Shown in pieces: positions 31,366 through 45,734 of a stretch of 64,000 nt of DNA (position 1 is the stretch's first letter; each line of letters begins with the position of its first letter). This stretch comes from Myxococcota bacterium (GTDB lineage: Bacteria; Myxococcota_A; Polyangia; Polyangiales; Sandaracinaceae): positions 96,001 to 160,000 of the forward strand of contig JAYZQJ010000033.1 in the NCBI GenBank assembly GCA_036149055.1, in the 5' to 3' direction. The notes below the pieces were generated by a model. It ran no database searches. It worked only from the letters and a program-made list of their open reading frames with translations, and was not told the origin of the DNA. Made by a program: the position numbers and the translations under genes.

Positions 31366-33243
31366 ATGGCACTGAACGAAGGTCAAGTCCTCGCGGGCAA
31401 GTACCGCATCGAACGTCTGCTCGGCGAGGGCGGCATGGGCGCCGTCTACGTCGCGACGAACAACGTGCTCCAGCGGCGGGTCGCGCTCAAGGTCATGAAC
31501 GAGCGCTTCGCCTCGGTGCCGGCCGCGGTCGAGCGGTTCCACCGCGAGGCGATCGCGGCGTCCAAGGTCAGCCACCCGAGCATCTGCCAGGTCTTCGACG
31601 CGGGGCAGCACGAGGGCAAGCCCTGGATCGCGATGGAGATGCTCGAGGGCGAGAGCCTGGCCGAGCGCATCGAGCGCGGGCCGATGTCGGTGGACGAGGT
31701 CGTCAAGATGGCGACTGGCTCCCTCAGCGCGCTCGCCGAGGTGCACGACGAGGGCATCGTCCACCGCGACCTGAAGCCGGACAACATCTTCCTCGCCCGC
31801 TCGCGCTCCGGGGACTGGGTGCCGAAGGTGCTCGACTTCGGCGTGGCGAAGGACACGAGCGAAGGCCAGCTCAACAAGCTCACCGCCACCGGCGCGGTCG
31901 TCGGCACCGCCTACTACCTCTCGCCGGAGCAGGCGAAGGGGCTGCCCGACATCGACCCGCGCACCGACGTCTACGCCATGGGGGTCGTGCTCTACGAGTG
32001 CCTCAGCGGTCACATGCCGTACGAGGCGGAGACGATCACCCAGCTGATCGCGAAGATGTTCACCGAGGAGCCGCGCCCCCTGCACGTGGTGGCGCCCGAC
32101 GTCCCCGCGCAGGTGGCCGACGTGGTCAACCGCTGCCTGGCTCAGGAGCGGGACGACCGCTTCCAGACGGCCCGGGAGCTGCTCGCCGCGCTCGAGGCCG
32201 CGGCCCGGGGCGCGTGGGCCGGTCGCTCGAGCCCCGGCGCGTCGATGGCCGGCTCGATGGCCGGTTCCCTGCCCGGCGCGGGGCCGGTCCCGTCGCAGCC
32301 CGGCATCCCGCAGACCGCGCTCGGCGAGGCCCGGGTCGCCACCCAGCCGACCGCGATGCTGCCCGATGGCTTCGCGAGCGGGATGGGGAGCCAGGTCGCG
32401 GGCGGGCCCGCGCCGACCCCGATGCCCGTGCACGCCGCGGCCACGCACAGCGCGATGACGCAGTCCGAAGCCGGCGGCGGCGGCTCCAAGGTGGGGCTGA
32501 TCGCGGGGCTCGCGGTGCTGTTCCTCCTGGGCGCAGGCGCCACGGTGGGCGGGGCGTTCTTCTTGCTCGGCGGCGACGAGGACACGGAGGGGGTCGCGAA
32601 CGCGGCCGTGCCGTCGACGCCCGCGCCGTCTCGGGTCAGCGCCACGCCCACACCGGAGCCCACGCCGGAGCCCGCGGCCGATCCGACGCCGGCCGGTGAG
32701 GATCCGCCGCCCCAGGCCGCGGCGGCCGCGGACACACCGACCGGCGAGGACGAGGGCGAGGCGGGCGACGAGGACGAGGCCGAAGACGGCCGAGAGGCGC
32801 AGGCCACGGCCCGCCGCCGGGGCCGTCGACGCGGCCGCAGCGCGGTCGCCCAGCGCCCGGAGCCGGAGCCCACGCCGGAGCCGGAGCCCGCGCGCCCCGA
32901 GCCGGCCCCCGAGCCGCGCCCTGCTCCCACCCCGCAGCGCGCGGGCCCCGGGCTGAGCCCCCCGCAGGTGATGGGCGCCATCCAGGGCCGCCTCGAGTAC
33001 ATGCAGTCGCGTTGCTACGAGCGGCGCCTCCGCCGCGTGCCCGGGCTGCGTGGGGTGGTCACCATCGGCTGGACCGTCGGCCCCGACGGCCGCGTGCAGG
33101 ACGCCAACGTCGTGCACAACGGCACCGGGGACGAGTGGCTCGGCCGCTGCGCGCGCAACGTCGTGCGCGACACCCGCTTCCCGGCGGCGGCGAACGGCCG
33201 CCCCACCCCGGCGCGCTACCCGTTCCGCTTCGACCAGCAGTGA
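31366..33243 (+). CDS. Membrane Ser/Thr protein kinase with C-terminal AgmX/PglI (TonB-C-like) domain
   Basis: GEGGMGAVY, VALK, HRDLKPDN, DFG, YLSPEQ; TM helix; Pro/Glu linker; CYERRLRRVPGLRGVVTIGWTVGPDGRV. Confidence 0.92.
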   Translation: MALNEGQVLAGKYRIERLLGEGGMGAVYVATNNVLQRRVALKVMNERFASVPAAVERFHREAIAASKVSHPSICQVFDAGQHEGKPWIAMEMLEGESLAERIERGPMSVDEVVKMATGSLSALAEVHDEGIVHRDLKPDNIFLARSRSGDWVPKVLDFGVAKDTSEGQLNKLTATGAVVGTAYYLSPEQAKGLPDIDPRTDVYAMGVVLYECLSGHMPYEAETITQLIAKMFTEEPRPLHVVAPDVPAQVADVVNRCLAQERDDRFQTARELLAALEAAARGAWAGRSSPGASMAGSMAGSLPGAGPVPSQPGIPQTALGEARVATQPTAMLPDGFASGMGSQVAGGPAPTPMPVHAAATHSAMTQSEAGGGGSKVGLIAGLAVLFLLGAGATVGGAFFLLGGDEDTEGVANAAVPSTPAPSRVSATPTPEPTPEPAADPTPAGEDPPPQAAAAADTPTGEDEGEAGDEDEAEDGREAQATARRRGRRRGRSAVAQRPEPEPTPEPEPARPEPAPEPRPAPTPQRAGPGLSPPQVMGAIQGRLEYMQSRCYERRLRRVPGLRGVVTIGWTVGPDGRVQDANVVHNGTGDEWLGRCARNVVRDTRFPAAANGRPTPARYPFRFDQQ

Positions 33244-35046
33244 TCAACCGGCGACGCGGGCGATCGCGTCGCGGACCTCGGGCGCGCTGAACGGCTTCTG
33301 CAGCACCGGGCCGGCGAAGCGCTTCATGTACTCGCGATCGCGATCGGTGAGCACGCCGCCGGTGATGAAGATCCAGCGATCGCGCAGCGGGGAGTCCGGC
33401 GGCAGGGCGTCGCGCAGCTGGGTGCCGCTCATGTCGGGCATCATCAGGTCGCAGATCACCACGTCGACCTCGCCTTCGGTCGCGGTGAGCAGCCCCTCGC
33501 GGCCGCCGTAGGCGACCTGCACCTCGTGGCGACGAAGGATCCGGCGCAGCGCGGCGCACACGCTCGGCTCGTCGTCCACCACCAGGATGCGCAGGGGCGC
33601 GACCTCGCGCGAGGGCTCGACCGCGAGCGGGTCGTCGACCTGGTCGGCGTCCTCGGTCGCCGGGAGCCACACCCTCACCGTGGTGCCCTCGGCGGGCGCG
33701 CTCTCCACGTCGATGTGGCCGCCGTAGCTCGTCACGATCTGATGCACCATGCTGAGCCCGAGCCCGGTGCCCTCGCCCGGCGGCTTGGTGGTGTAGAACG
33801 GATCGAAGCAGCGGGCGCGCACGTCCTCGGTCATGCCGACCCCGCTGTCGCGCACCTCGAACCAGGCCTGCTCGCCCTGCTGACCGGCGCGGAGGCTGAC
33901 GCAGTGCTCCGCGGGGTCACCGGCCGGGATGGCCTGCGCGGCGTTGACGAGCAGGTTGAGCACCACCTGACCGAGGCGCCCCTCGTCGACGAACACCGCC
34001 GGCTGCCCCTCGTAGCTCCGCTCGAAGCGCGCCACCTTGCGGATGGTGCCGCGGGCGACGCTCACCGCGGCGTCCAGCACGCTCCGGAGCGCGACCCGCT
34101 GGAGCGTGTCGGCGCGCTGCCGGGCGAGCGAGCTCAGATCGGAGACGATGCGGCGCACCCTTTGCCCGCCGGCGTGGGCCGCCCGGAGCGCCTCGGCGAG
34201 CTCCTCGAGATCGAACGGCGCGTCCTGCTCGATCAGCTCCAGCACGTGCTCCACGTTGGCGAGCACGTAGGCGAGCGGGTTGTTGATCTCGTGCGCGACC
34301 CCGGCGGCGAGCGTGCCGAGCGAGGCCATGCGCTCGGACGCGCGCACCTGCGCCTCCAGCTGCCGCTCCCGGGTCACCTCGCGGCGGATCGCGACCATCG
34401 CCCGGAGCACGCCGCGCGCGTCGCGCACCGGAGAGACGGTCACCTCCTGGTGGATCCGGCTGCCGTCCTTGCGCCGCGACGTCAGCGGCCCGCGCCACGC
34501 CTTGCCCTGGCGCACGGTCTCCTCGATCGCCGCGTAGTAGGCTGGCGAGTGATCGGTCGTGCGGAGCAGCTCCCCCGGGGTCTTGCCGATCACCTCGTCC
34601 CGGCTGAAGCCGGTGAGCGCCTCGAACGCCGGGTTGACGTAGCGCAGCCGCGCCTCGTGGTCGGCGAGCTCCACCGACTCGCCGAGGTGGGCGACCGCGA
34701 CCTCGAGCCACGGATCGATCGCGCGCCGGTCGAGGGCGCTCGCCACGCTGACCGCGAGGTGCGCGCTGAGCCGCTCGACCGGCTCGTCGGCGAAGACGAC
34801 CACGTGGGCCCCGGTCGCGAGCTGCGCCTTGGCCGTCTCCGGCCGATCGATCACCGCGACCTGCACCCCGGCCAGCCCGCGCGCCTCGCCGCCCGCGCGC
34901 GCGTCGTAGACCCGGATGTCGGCGGGGCCCTCCTCGACCACCGCGAGGCCGCACGGACGGAACGCGGCGCGCAGCCGCTCGCGGAGCGCGGCGTCTTCGA
35001 CGTCGAGCCGCACCGAGAGCGAAGCAGGCGTCAGGCGGGTGCCCAT
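33244..35046 (-). CDS. Hybrid sensor histidine kinase (PAS, HisKA, HATPase, receiver)
   Basis: YVNPAFEALTG, AGVAHEINNPL, NLLVNA, DSGVG, FYTTK..GTGLGL, ILVVDDE, DLMMPDMSG. Confidence 0.93.
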   Translation of the reverse strand: MGTRLTPASLSVRLDVEDAALRERLRAAFRPCGLAVVEEGPADIRVYDARAGGEARGLAGVQVAVIDRPETAKAQLATGAHVVVFADEPVERLSAHLAVSVASALDRRAIDPWLEVAVAHLGESVELADHEARLRYVNPAFEALTGFSRDEVIGKTPGELLRTTDHSPAYYAAIEETVRQGKAWRGPLTSRRKDGSRIHQEVTVSPVRDARGVLRAMVAIRREVTRERQLEAQVRASERMASLGTLAAGVAHEINNPLAYVLANVEHVLELIEQDAPFDLEELAEALRAAHAGGQRVRRIVSDLSSLARQRADTLQRVALRSVLDAAVSVARGTIRKVARFERSYEGQPAVFVDEGRLGQVVLNLLVNAAQAIPAGDPAEHCVSLRAGQQGEQAWFEVRDSGVGMTEDVRARCFDPFYTTKPPGEGTGLGLSMVHQIVTSYGGHIDVESAPAEGTTVRVWLPATEDADQVDDPLAVEPSREVAPLRILVVDDEPSVCAALRRILRRHEVQVAYGGREGLLTATEGEVDVVICDLMMPDMSGTQLRDALPPDSPLRDRWIFITGGVLTDRDREYMKRFAGPVLQKPFSAPEVRDAIARVAG

Positions 35047-35114
35047 TCGCCCGAGAGTGGCACGTTTGAAGGGGATCGCGAGGTCGGGCGGGGGGACCTT
35101 GGTACATTCGGAGG

Positions 35115-38100
35115 GTGGGGCCGGACGACCACACGCTCGCGCAGACGGTGACCCTCCTCGACTCGGAGACCTCGGTCGACCCGACGACGCCGTCCCGGCC
35201 CGAGCTGCCCGCCGGCGCCCTGGTGGGGGGACGCTACGCCGTGGAGGCGCTGCTCGGGCGCGGCGGCTACGGCGAGGTCTACCGGGTGCGCGACGCGCGC
35301 GAGGGCGACCGCCCGGTCGCGCTGAAGCTGCACCGGCTGCGCGCGCTGAGCCGGCACGCGCTCGAGGCCCTCAAGGCCGAATTCGCCCTGCTCTCCTCGC
35401 TGTCGCACCCCAACCTCGCGACGGTGCACGACTTCGCCTACGTGGAGGGCGAGTACGCGTTCTTCACCCAGGCGCTCGTGAAGGGGGTGCCGCTGCACCA
35501 CGCCGGCGTGGACCTGCTCGACGCGCGGGGCGTGTCCCTGATCGCGCAGCTCTGCCGCGCGCTCGACTACCTGCACGCGCGAGGCATCGTGCACGGCGAC
35601 GTCAAGCCGGGGAACATCCTCGTCGAGCGCGATCACCTGGTCCTGCTGGACTTCGGCGTCTCGCGCGCGCTCGGCGCCTCCACCGACGCGCGGGTGGTGG
35701 GCAGCCCGCCCTACATGTCGCCGGAGCTGATCACCGGCGGCGCGGCCGACGGGCGCAGCGACCTCTACGCGCTCGGCATGCCCCTCTACCAGCTGCTGAC
35801 CGGCGCCCTGCCCTTCCGCGGGACCTCGACGCAGGTGCTGATGGCCCAGGTCGAGGCGGAGCCGCCGCCGCTCCCCGGCCACGTCCCGCTCCCGCTGCAG
35901 GCGCTGGTGGCGCGGCTGATCGCCAAGGCCCCGGACGACCGCCCCTCGAGCGCCGGCGACGTGATCGCGCACCTGAGCCGGGCGGCCCAGATCGACGCGC
36001 CGCTCGACACCAGCGAGACCCTCGCGAGCCACGTGCTCTCGGCCCGGCTCGTGGGGAGAGACGCCGAGCTCGAGGAGCTGGTGCGGCGGGCGGAGGCGGC
36101 GCGCGCGGGGCAGCGCCCCATCCTGCTCGAGGGCGAGTCCGGCACCGGCAAGTCGAGGCTCCTGCGCGAGGTGCGGCAGCGGGTGCAGCTGCGAGGCCAG
36201 CCGTGGATCCACGTGCAGACGCCCCGCTCCGAGGGCGGGCCGAACCTCCTGGCCCACCTGGCCCGCGCGGTCCTGGGCCCCGAGCAGCGCGCCGCGCTCG
36301 ACGACGAGGCCCGGCTCGAGCTGGCGCGCGCGCTCCCCGAGCTGCGCCGCCCTCGCGAGCGCCTGGCCGTGCCCCTCGACCCCGAGCGCGCCCGAGCGCG
36401 TCGCCTCTCGATCCTCGGCGCGCAGATCGCCAACCGCTTCGCGTGGAAGCCGGGTGTGCTGGCGATCGAGGATCTGCACTGGGCGAGCCCGCGGCAGCAG
36501 TCGGAGCTGGCGAGCGTGCTCGGCGCGGCCCGCGCGAGCGGCGCGGCCTGCCTCTTCCTGCTCGCCACGCGCCCCGAGGGCCTGGACGCCGAGGCGATCG
36601 CCGACCTCGACGTGCACCGGGTGCCCTGCACCGAGCTGGCGCCGCCCGCGAGCCGCGCGCTGATCGAGAGCACCTTCGGCGACCCGACGTTGCTCGACGG
36701 CACGGACCTCGGCCGGCGCCTCGGCGCGGAGCCCATCGGCGCGCTGCTCCTGCAAGAGTCGCTGCGGCTCGCGCTCGAGCGAGGGCTCGTCGCCCGGGAG
36801 GCGGGGCGCTTCGTGCGGGTGGGCGAGGTGGTCGACGCGCCCCTGACGGAGGTGCTCGCGGCCCGCATCGAGGGGCTCTCCCGCGACGCGAAGAGCCTGG
36901 CGCTGGCGAGCGCGGTGCTCGCACGCGACGCGACCGCGGCGGAGCTGTCCCGGGTGGCCGGCCTGAAGGCCAAGCGCGCGTCGCCCGCGCTGTCCGAGCT
37001 GGTGCGCCGCGGCATCGTCGAGCGCCTGGCCCTCGCCCGCGGCCGGGTCGCGCACGCGATGCACGATCGCTACGCCGACGCGGTGCTCGCCGCGATGCTC
37101 GCGCGGCGCATCCGGGCGGCGCGACGGCGCGCGGGGGCGCTGCTGGCCCGGCAGAGCGCCCGGGATTTCCGCGGGCTGTCTCGCGCCGCGCTCGAGCTGG
37201 CCGAGGCCGGGGACACCGAGCGGGCGATCCGGACCCTCGCGAAGGCGCGCGATCTCGCGATCCGCGCCGGCCGCCCGGAGCAGGCCACGACGCTCCTGGA
37301 GCGGGAGCTGGCATTGCGCGGCGAGGACGAGGCCCGCGGCGAGCTGCTGCTCACGGCCTACGACCTGGCGGTCCGGTGCGGGCAGCACGAGCTCGCCGGG
37401 CAGGCGCTGATGGAGCTGGCCGACCGCGCCCACGAGCGCGACGACGAGGCGCTCCGGCTCGCCGTGTCCCTGCGCGGCGCGCGCCAGGCCCTCCGGGACG
37501 GCGCCGTCGCGGAGGCGCGCGAGCTCTGCGACGCCGCCCTCGAGCGCGCGAGCGCCCTCGGCGCCGACGCGCTCGCCTGTGAGCTGGCGGCGGCGGCCGG
37601 CGAGATCGAGCACGCGGCCGGCACCCTCGACCGAGCGCTCGATCGCTACCGCGAGGCGGCCCGGCTCGCCCGCGCGCTGCGGCGGCGCGACGTGGAGGCG
37701 GCGGCCGAGCTCGGCGCGGCCCTGGTGCACGTCCGGCTCAGTCACCTCGCCGACGCCACCGACGCCGCGGAGCGCGCGGTCGCCGCGGCGAACGGCGCCC
37801 GCGACCCGGTGCTGCGCTCGGAGGCGCTGCGCGCCCTCGGGAACGCGCACTTCGTCGGCAGCCGACGTAAACGTGCCCTGCGAAGCTACAAGCGCGCGGT
37901 GCGGGTCGCGCGCGAGAGCGGCGGCACCGAGAGCGAGGCGAAGGCGCTCAACAACGTGGCGACCTGCGCGCACGCCCTCGGGCGCGTCGGCGAGGCGATC
38001 GCGGCGTGGGAGCGGGCCATCGAGCTGAAGGAGCGGGTCGGCGCGTCGGCGTCGGCGCTGCTGAGCCGGGCGAGCATGAGCGGCGTGCTGACCATCGTGG

Positions 38101-38753
38101 GTCGCCGGGCCGAGGCGCGGGCCGAGCAGCAGCGGGTCCTCGACGCGCGGCGGGAGGGGGCGCGCACCGCGGTCATGCTCGCCTGGAGCAACCGCGGCGA
38201 TCTCGAGATGCTCGAGGGCCGGCTCGACCGGGCGGTGGAGGCCTACGCGAGCGGCGACGCGGGCTACGCCGAGATGGGCCTGCACCAGCTCCGGAGCCAC
38301 GCGCTCCAGGGGCTGGTGAGGGCGCGGCTCGTGCGCGGCGAGCCGGAGGCCGCGGCGGACGCGCTGAGGGAGCTCGAGCGGGTCGCGAGCGAGGCGGCCG
38401 CGCACGAGGAGCGGCGCCGCTTCCTGACCGCGCGCGCCATGTGGCGAGACGCGCAGGGAGATCCGAGGGGCGCGCTCGCCGACGCCCGGGCGGCCGCGCG
38501 GCTCTCCCGCTCCGACACGACCTACGAGGACGCCTTCGGCTCTCCGATCGAGGCGCGCTGGATCATCGCGCTGCTGCTCCGGCGCGCCGGCAAGGAGGCG
38601 GCGGCGGAGCGGGCGGCCGAGCGCACCCGGGAGCGGCTGAGGCGGCGCGCCGAGGCGCTCGAGCCCTGGCTGCGCGAGGGCTTCTGCGCGACGCCGCTGC
38701 ACCGCGCGATCCTGGAGGGGCGCCTGGACGCTCCCCCCGGTCGGACCTGGTAG
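35115..38753 (+). CDS. Ser/Thr kinase, P-loop ATPase and TPR protein
   Basis: GRGGYGEVY, HGDVKPGN, DFG, YMSPE; Walker A GESGTGKS and Walker B IEDLHWA; C-terminal TPR-like repeats. Confidence 0.9.
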   Translation: MGPDDHTLAQTVTLLDSETSVDPTTPSRPELPAGALVGGRYAVEALLGRGGYGEVYRVRDAREGDRPVALKLHRLRALSRHALEALKAEFALLSSLSHPNLATVHDFAYVEGEYAFFTQALVKGVPLHHAGVDLLDARGVSLIAQLCRALDYLHARGIVHGDVKPGNILVERDHLVLLDFGVSRALGASTDARVVGSPPYMSPELITGGAADGRSDLYALGMPLYQLLTGALPFRGTSTQVLMAQVEAEPPPLPGHVPLPLQALVARLIAKAPDDRPSSAGDVIAHLSRAAQIDAPLDTSETLASHVLSARLVGRDAELEELVRRAEAARAGQRPILLEGESGTGKSRLLREVRQRVQLRGQPWIHVQTPRSEGGPNLLAHLARAVLGPEQRAALDDEARLELARALPELRRPRERLAVPLDPERARARRLSILGAQIANRFAWKPGVLAIEDLHWASPRQQSELASVLGAARASGAACLFLLATRPEGLDAEAIADLDVHRVPCTELAPPASRALIESTFGDPTLLDGTDLGRRLGAEPIGALLLQESLRLALERGLVAREAGRFVRVGEVVDAPLTEVLAARIEGLSRDAKSLALASAVLARDATAAELSRVAGLKAKRASPALSELVRRGIVERLALARGRVAHAMHDRYADAVLAAMLARRIRAARRRAGALLARQSARDFRGLSRAALELAEAGDTERAIRTLAKARDLAIRAGRPEQATTLLERELALRGEDEARGELLLTAYDLAVRCGQHELAGQALMELADRAHERDDEALRLAVSLRGARQALRDGAVAEARELCDAALERASALGADALACELAAAAGEIEHAAGTLDRALDRYREAARLARALRRRDVEAAAELGAALVHVRLSHLADATDAAERAVAAANGARDPVLRSEALRALGNAHFVGSRRKRALRSYKRAVRVARESGGTESEAKALNNVATCAHALGRVGEAIAAWERAIELKERVGASASALLSRASMSGVLTIVGRRAEARAEQQRVLDARREGARTAVMLAWSNRGDLEMLEGRLDRAVEAYASGDAGYAEMGLHQLRSHALQGLVRARLVRGEPEAAADALRELERVASEAAAHEERRRFLTARAMWRDAQGDPRGALADARAAARLSRSDTTYEDAFGSPIEARWIIALLLRRAGKEAAAERAAERTRERLRRRAEALEPWLREGFCATPLHRAILEGRLDAPPGRTW

Positions 38754-38756
38754 CCG

Positions 38757-39161
38757 TCAGTAGCCGGCCTGGAGGAGCTGACCGCGGTGGCGGCTGCCCC
38801 GGGTCTGCACCTGCGCCTGGCCGTGCGTGATCATGTCGCCCTGGATGTTGCACTCCACGAGCACCACCCGGGCCTGGTCCTGCACGACCACCGCGGGCTG
38901 ACCGCGCACCACCGACTCGGAGATCTCCACCACGCACTGCCCGCTGGCGTGCACCGCGGGGCCGTCGCCGCCGTCGAGCACCTGATCGTCGATGCGGAGC
39001 CGCTGCTGGCCCCCGCAGGCGAACGCCCCGTCCACGCGAACGGGGTCCGCGGCGACCGGCGCCGGCTGGACGCGACGGACGCGTGGCTCGGAGGGTCCGT
39101 ACTCGATGCTGCCGCAGCCCGCGACGAAGACGAGGGCCAAGAGCGGGGCGATGCGGGTCAT
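38757..39161 (-). CDS. Small hypothetical lipoprotein (beta-rich)
   Basis: MTRIAPLLALVFVAGC lipobox; good codon bias. Confidence 0.7.
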   Translation of the reverse strand: MTRIAPLLALVFVAGCGSIEYGPSEPRVRRVQPAPVAADPVRVDGAFACGGQQRLRIDDQVLDGGDGPAVHASGQCVVEISESVVRGQPAVVVQDQARVVLVECNIQGDMITHGQAQVQTRGSRHRGQLLQAGY

Positions 39162-39308
39162 GGCCAAGCCGACAGCAAGAGCTCTGCCACCCCGGCTTCA
39201 CGCGCCATCGCCGGGTTCTCGGCCCGGGCCCGTGAACGCCGGTTGACGCGGCGCGTCCGCCTGACGCGACCCCGGGACGCGATGGTGGTAACTTTCCGGT
39301 CACCCGCC

Positions 39309-40079
39309 ATGAGTCACTGGGTGCTGCGCGCAGGTGAGGACGTCCACCCCTTGAGCGAGGGGCGCAACGTCGTCGGTCGCGAGGTCGGGTGTGACGTGCG
39401 CGTCGCCGATCACCTGGTCTCGCGCCAGCACGCCGAGATCGAGGTCCGGGGCGACCGGGTGACGATCCGCGACCGACACAGCCGGAACGGCGTGATCGTG
39501 GGCGACGTGCGCCTCGCCGAGGGCGAGTCCCGGGATCTGTCCCAGGGCGCCGAGATCACCCTCGGCCGCACCCGGCTGCAGCTCCTCCGGGCCGAGCGGC
39601 GGCGCACCATGCGCACCCTCGAGGCCGAGCCGGCGCCGCGACGCGGGCTCGAGGGCTCCACCGGCATGGCGATGCCGCACGAGACCTTCCTGCGAGAGGC
39701 CGACGCCGCCTCCGCGGCCGGGGACCTCGCCAAGCTCGAGGTGACGGCGGAGCTCCTCTTCGACACCCTCTCCGGCGCGCTCCAGCAGGGCCTGAGCAAG
39801 GAGGACCCGGCGGTCCGCCGCGCCATCGACCACGGGATCGAGCTCGCGAAGCTCTCCGGACCGCGGTGGCTGGAGCGGGTGCTCGAGCTCCACACCACCG
39901 GCGGGCTCGTCATGGGCATCGACGTGCTGACCGAGGTGGAGCGCCTGGCGGGCCGCGGCGCGCTCCCGGATCGGGCTCCGGCGATCGCGTACGTCGAGGC
40001 GATCCGGGCTCGCCTGGAGGCGCAGGGGGCGCGTGGGCGGGCCCTCCTGCTCCAGCTCGAGCGGCTCGCGCGAGGCTAG
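39309..40079 (+). CDS. FHA domain protein
   Basis: VVGR, VSRQHA, SRNGV motifs; helical C-terminus. Confidence 0.88.
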   Translation: MSHWVLRAGEDVHPLSEGRNVVGREVGCDVRVADHLVSRQHAEIEVRGDRVTIRDRHSRNGVIVGDVRLAEGESRDLSQGAEITLGRTRLQLLRAERRRTMRTLEAEPAPRRGLEGSTGMAMPHETFLREADAASAAGDLAKLEVTAELLFDTLSGALQQGLSKEDPAVRRAIDHGIELAKLSGPRWLERVLELHTTGGLVMGIDVLTEVERLAGRGALPDRAPAIAYVEAIRARLEAQGARGRALLLQLERLARG

Positions 40080-40138
40080 GATCCCAAAACGCGGACCTGG
40101 CGCGGCCCGACCGGACGGCTAGTGTCGCTTTCGACACC

Positions 40139-44120
<3,982 letters not shown>

Positions 44121-44138
44121 CGCCGGTCGGAGTCACGA

Positions 44139-44175
44139 GCGAGGCGGCGGGCGCGAGGGCGACCCGCCGCTTCGC
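44139..44175. terminator. GC-rich hairpin between convergent groEL and DUF1697 genes
   Basis: GCGAGGCGGCGGG...CCCGCCGCTTCGC 13-bp stem (one G-U pair); no strong U tract. Confidence 0.55.
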
Positions 44176-44178
44176 GTC

Positions 44179-44712
44179 TCAGCCCAGCGCCATCTCGATC
44201 AGCGTCTCGAGGGTGCGCCAGTTGCGGGCGGTGCTCACGACCCCGAGCTGCCGGTCGAACCAGGCGTTGGTGAGCTTCGTTCGCCCGACGCCGTTCGGGC
44301 AGCAGAGGAAGATCTCGCGGCCGAGGACGGCGAAGCGGTCGCCGGGCGATCGGTCGGGGTCGAGCGCCTCCACCTTCGCGGCCGGCGGGCGGGCGGAGAG
44401 GAACATCACGTGGCGCGAGCGCGGCGCCTCGCTCCGGAACGGGCACGCGTCGCGGGCCTGCACCAGCGCGTCGGCGCTCCGCAGGATCACGGGCACCTCG
44501 AGGCCGTGCCGCTCGCGGAGGCGCGCCGTGACCGCGTCGGCAAGCCCCAGGGCCGAGGGCGCGCGGAACACCACGTTGCCGCTCTGGATGTAGGTGCGCA
44601 CGTCCTCGCACCCGAGCGCCTCGAAGCACGCGCGCAGCGCGGCCATCGGCAGCTTGTTCTTGCCGCCGACGTTGATGCCTCGGAGGAGCGCGACGTGGCT
44701 CATGGGCGCCAT
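44179..44712 (-). CDS. DUF1697 family protein
   Basis: VALLRGINVGG.NKLPMA, VRTYIQSGNVVF, TARNWRT. Confidence 0.9.
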   Translation of the reverse strand: MAPMSHVALLRGINVGGKNKLPMAALRACFEALGCEDVRTYIQSGNVVFRAPSALGLADAVTARLRERHGLEVPVILRSADALVQARDACPFRSEAPRSRHVMFLSARPPAAKVEALDPDRSPGDRFAVLGREIFLCCPNGVGRTKLTNAWFDRQLGVVSTARNWRTLETLIEMALG

Positions 44713-44765
44713 CCTACACCTGCCGATCGCCGGGGAGCCCGCTAGCCGCTACAGTTCGGCGCGTC

Positions 44766-45734
44766 ATGGGTCGATGGCAGCGCGCGGGCATCCTGGCCCT
44801 CGTCATCGGGTGCGGGCCCGAGAGCGTGACGGAGGACCCGTCCGCGGCGGATCCCGTCGTGGCGGAGGCGCCGCTCGCGCTCGAGACGGAGGCGCGCGAG
44901 GAGCCCGACGTGCGATCCGCCGATCCCAGCCCGGAGGGCGAGGAGCGCGGCCGCCCCGAGCTCCGCGAGGGCCCCCTCGGCGAGCGCGTGCTGCTCGACG
45001 AGCGGAGCCGGAGCCGGGTCCGGAGCGCGATCCGGCGCCGCGTGGGCGCGCGGCCCAGCCTCGTCACGACGCTGCATCACCGCCACGAGGATCGGGCGAC
45101 GACGACGATCGCGACCTTCACCGCGTCCTACGTCGAGCGCTGCGTCACCCGCGGCACGCCGCGGGAGGAGTGCACCCTGTCGGAGGGCGAGGGCTCGCTC
45201 GCGCGCGACCGGGGGCCCTGCGTGTTCGGCGGGATCGCCCGCGTCGACATCGGGCCACCCCGCCGAGACCGGAGCGGCGAGGAGCGGGAGGGCCCGGTCG
45301 ACCTGGTCGGCCTGGATCTGCTCGGGGACGGAGAGGCCTGCGCGTTCGAGGTCGAGGGCCTGAGCACCGGCGACGAGGACGACGACGGCGCGCCGGAGAT
45401 CGTCCTGAGCTACGCCTGGTCCGACCTCCGCTACGCGCCGAACGACCTGGTCCGCGAGCGAGAGGGCTCGCGGCGCGTCATCTACCGCGCCGACCTCACG
45501 CCCCAGATCACGCTCGAGACCCGCGCGCACCAGCACCGCTTCGAGGACGAGCGGAACCTCGTCACCCAGCTCCGCCGGACCGAAGACCGAGGCCTCGCGC
45601 TCGACGAGATCGACTGGCTCGGCGCCTGCCCCGATCTCTCGCCCCCCTGGGGCCAGACCGACTGCGACGTGCAGCAGCGCACCGTCGAGCACGCCTACGA
45701 CGCGGGCCGCGATCGCTGGCTCCCGGTCGAGTGA
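44766..45734 (+). CDS. Hypothetical lipoprotein
   Basis: Lipobox LVIGC; paired cysteines; GDEDDDGAPEI (FG-GAP-like Ca-binding loop). Confidence 0.65.
   Translation: MGRWQRAGILALVIGCGPESVTEDPSAADPVVAEAPLALETEAREEPDVRSADPSPEGEERGRPELREGPLGERVLLDERSRSRVRSAIRRRVGARPSLVTTLHHRHEDRATTTIATFTASYVERCVTRGTPREECTLSEGEGSLARDRGPCVFGGIARVDIGPPRRDRSGEEREGPVDLVGLDLLGDGEACAFEVEGLSTGDEDDDGAPEIVLSYAWSDLRYAPNDLVREREGSRRVIYRADLTPQITLETRAHQHRFEDERNLVTQLRRTEDRGLALDEIDWLGACPDLSPPWGQTDCDVQQRTVEHAYDAGRDRWLPVE

Noticed and set aside
32640..32940. Short tandem repeats (CCGGAGCCCACG and similar)
   Set aside because: They encode the Pro/Glu linker of the kinase and are not an independent repeat element or CRISPR.
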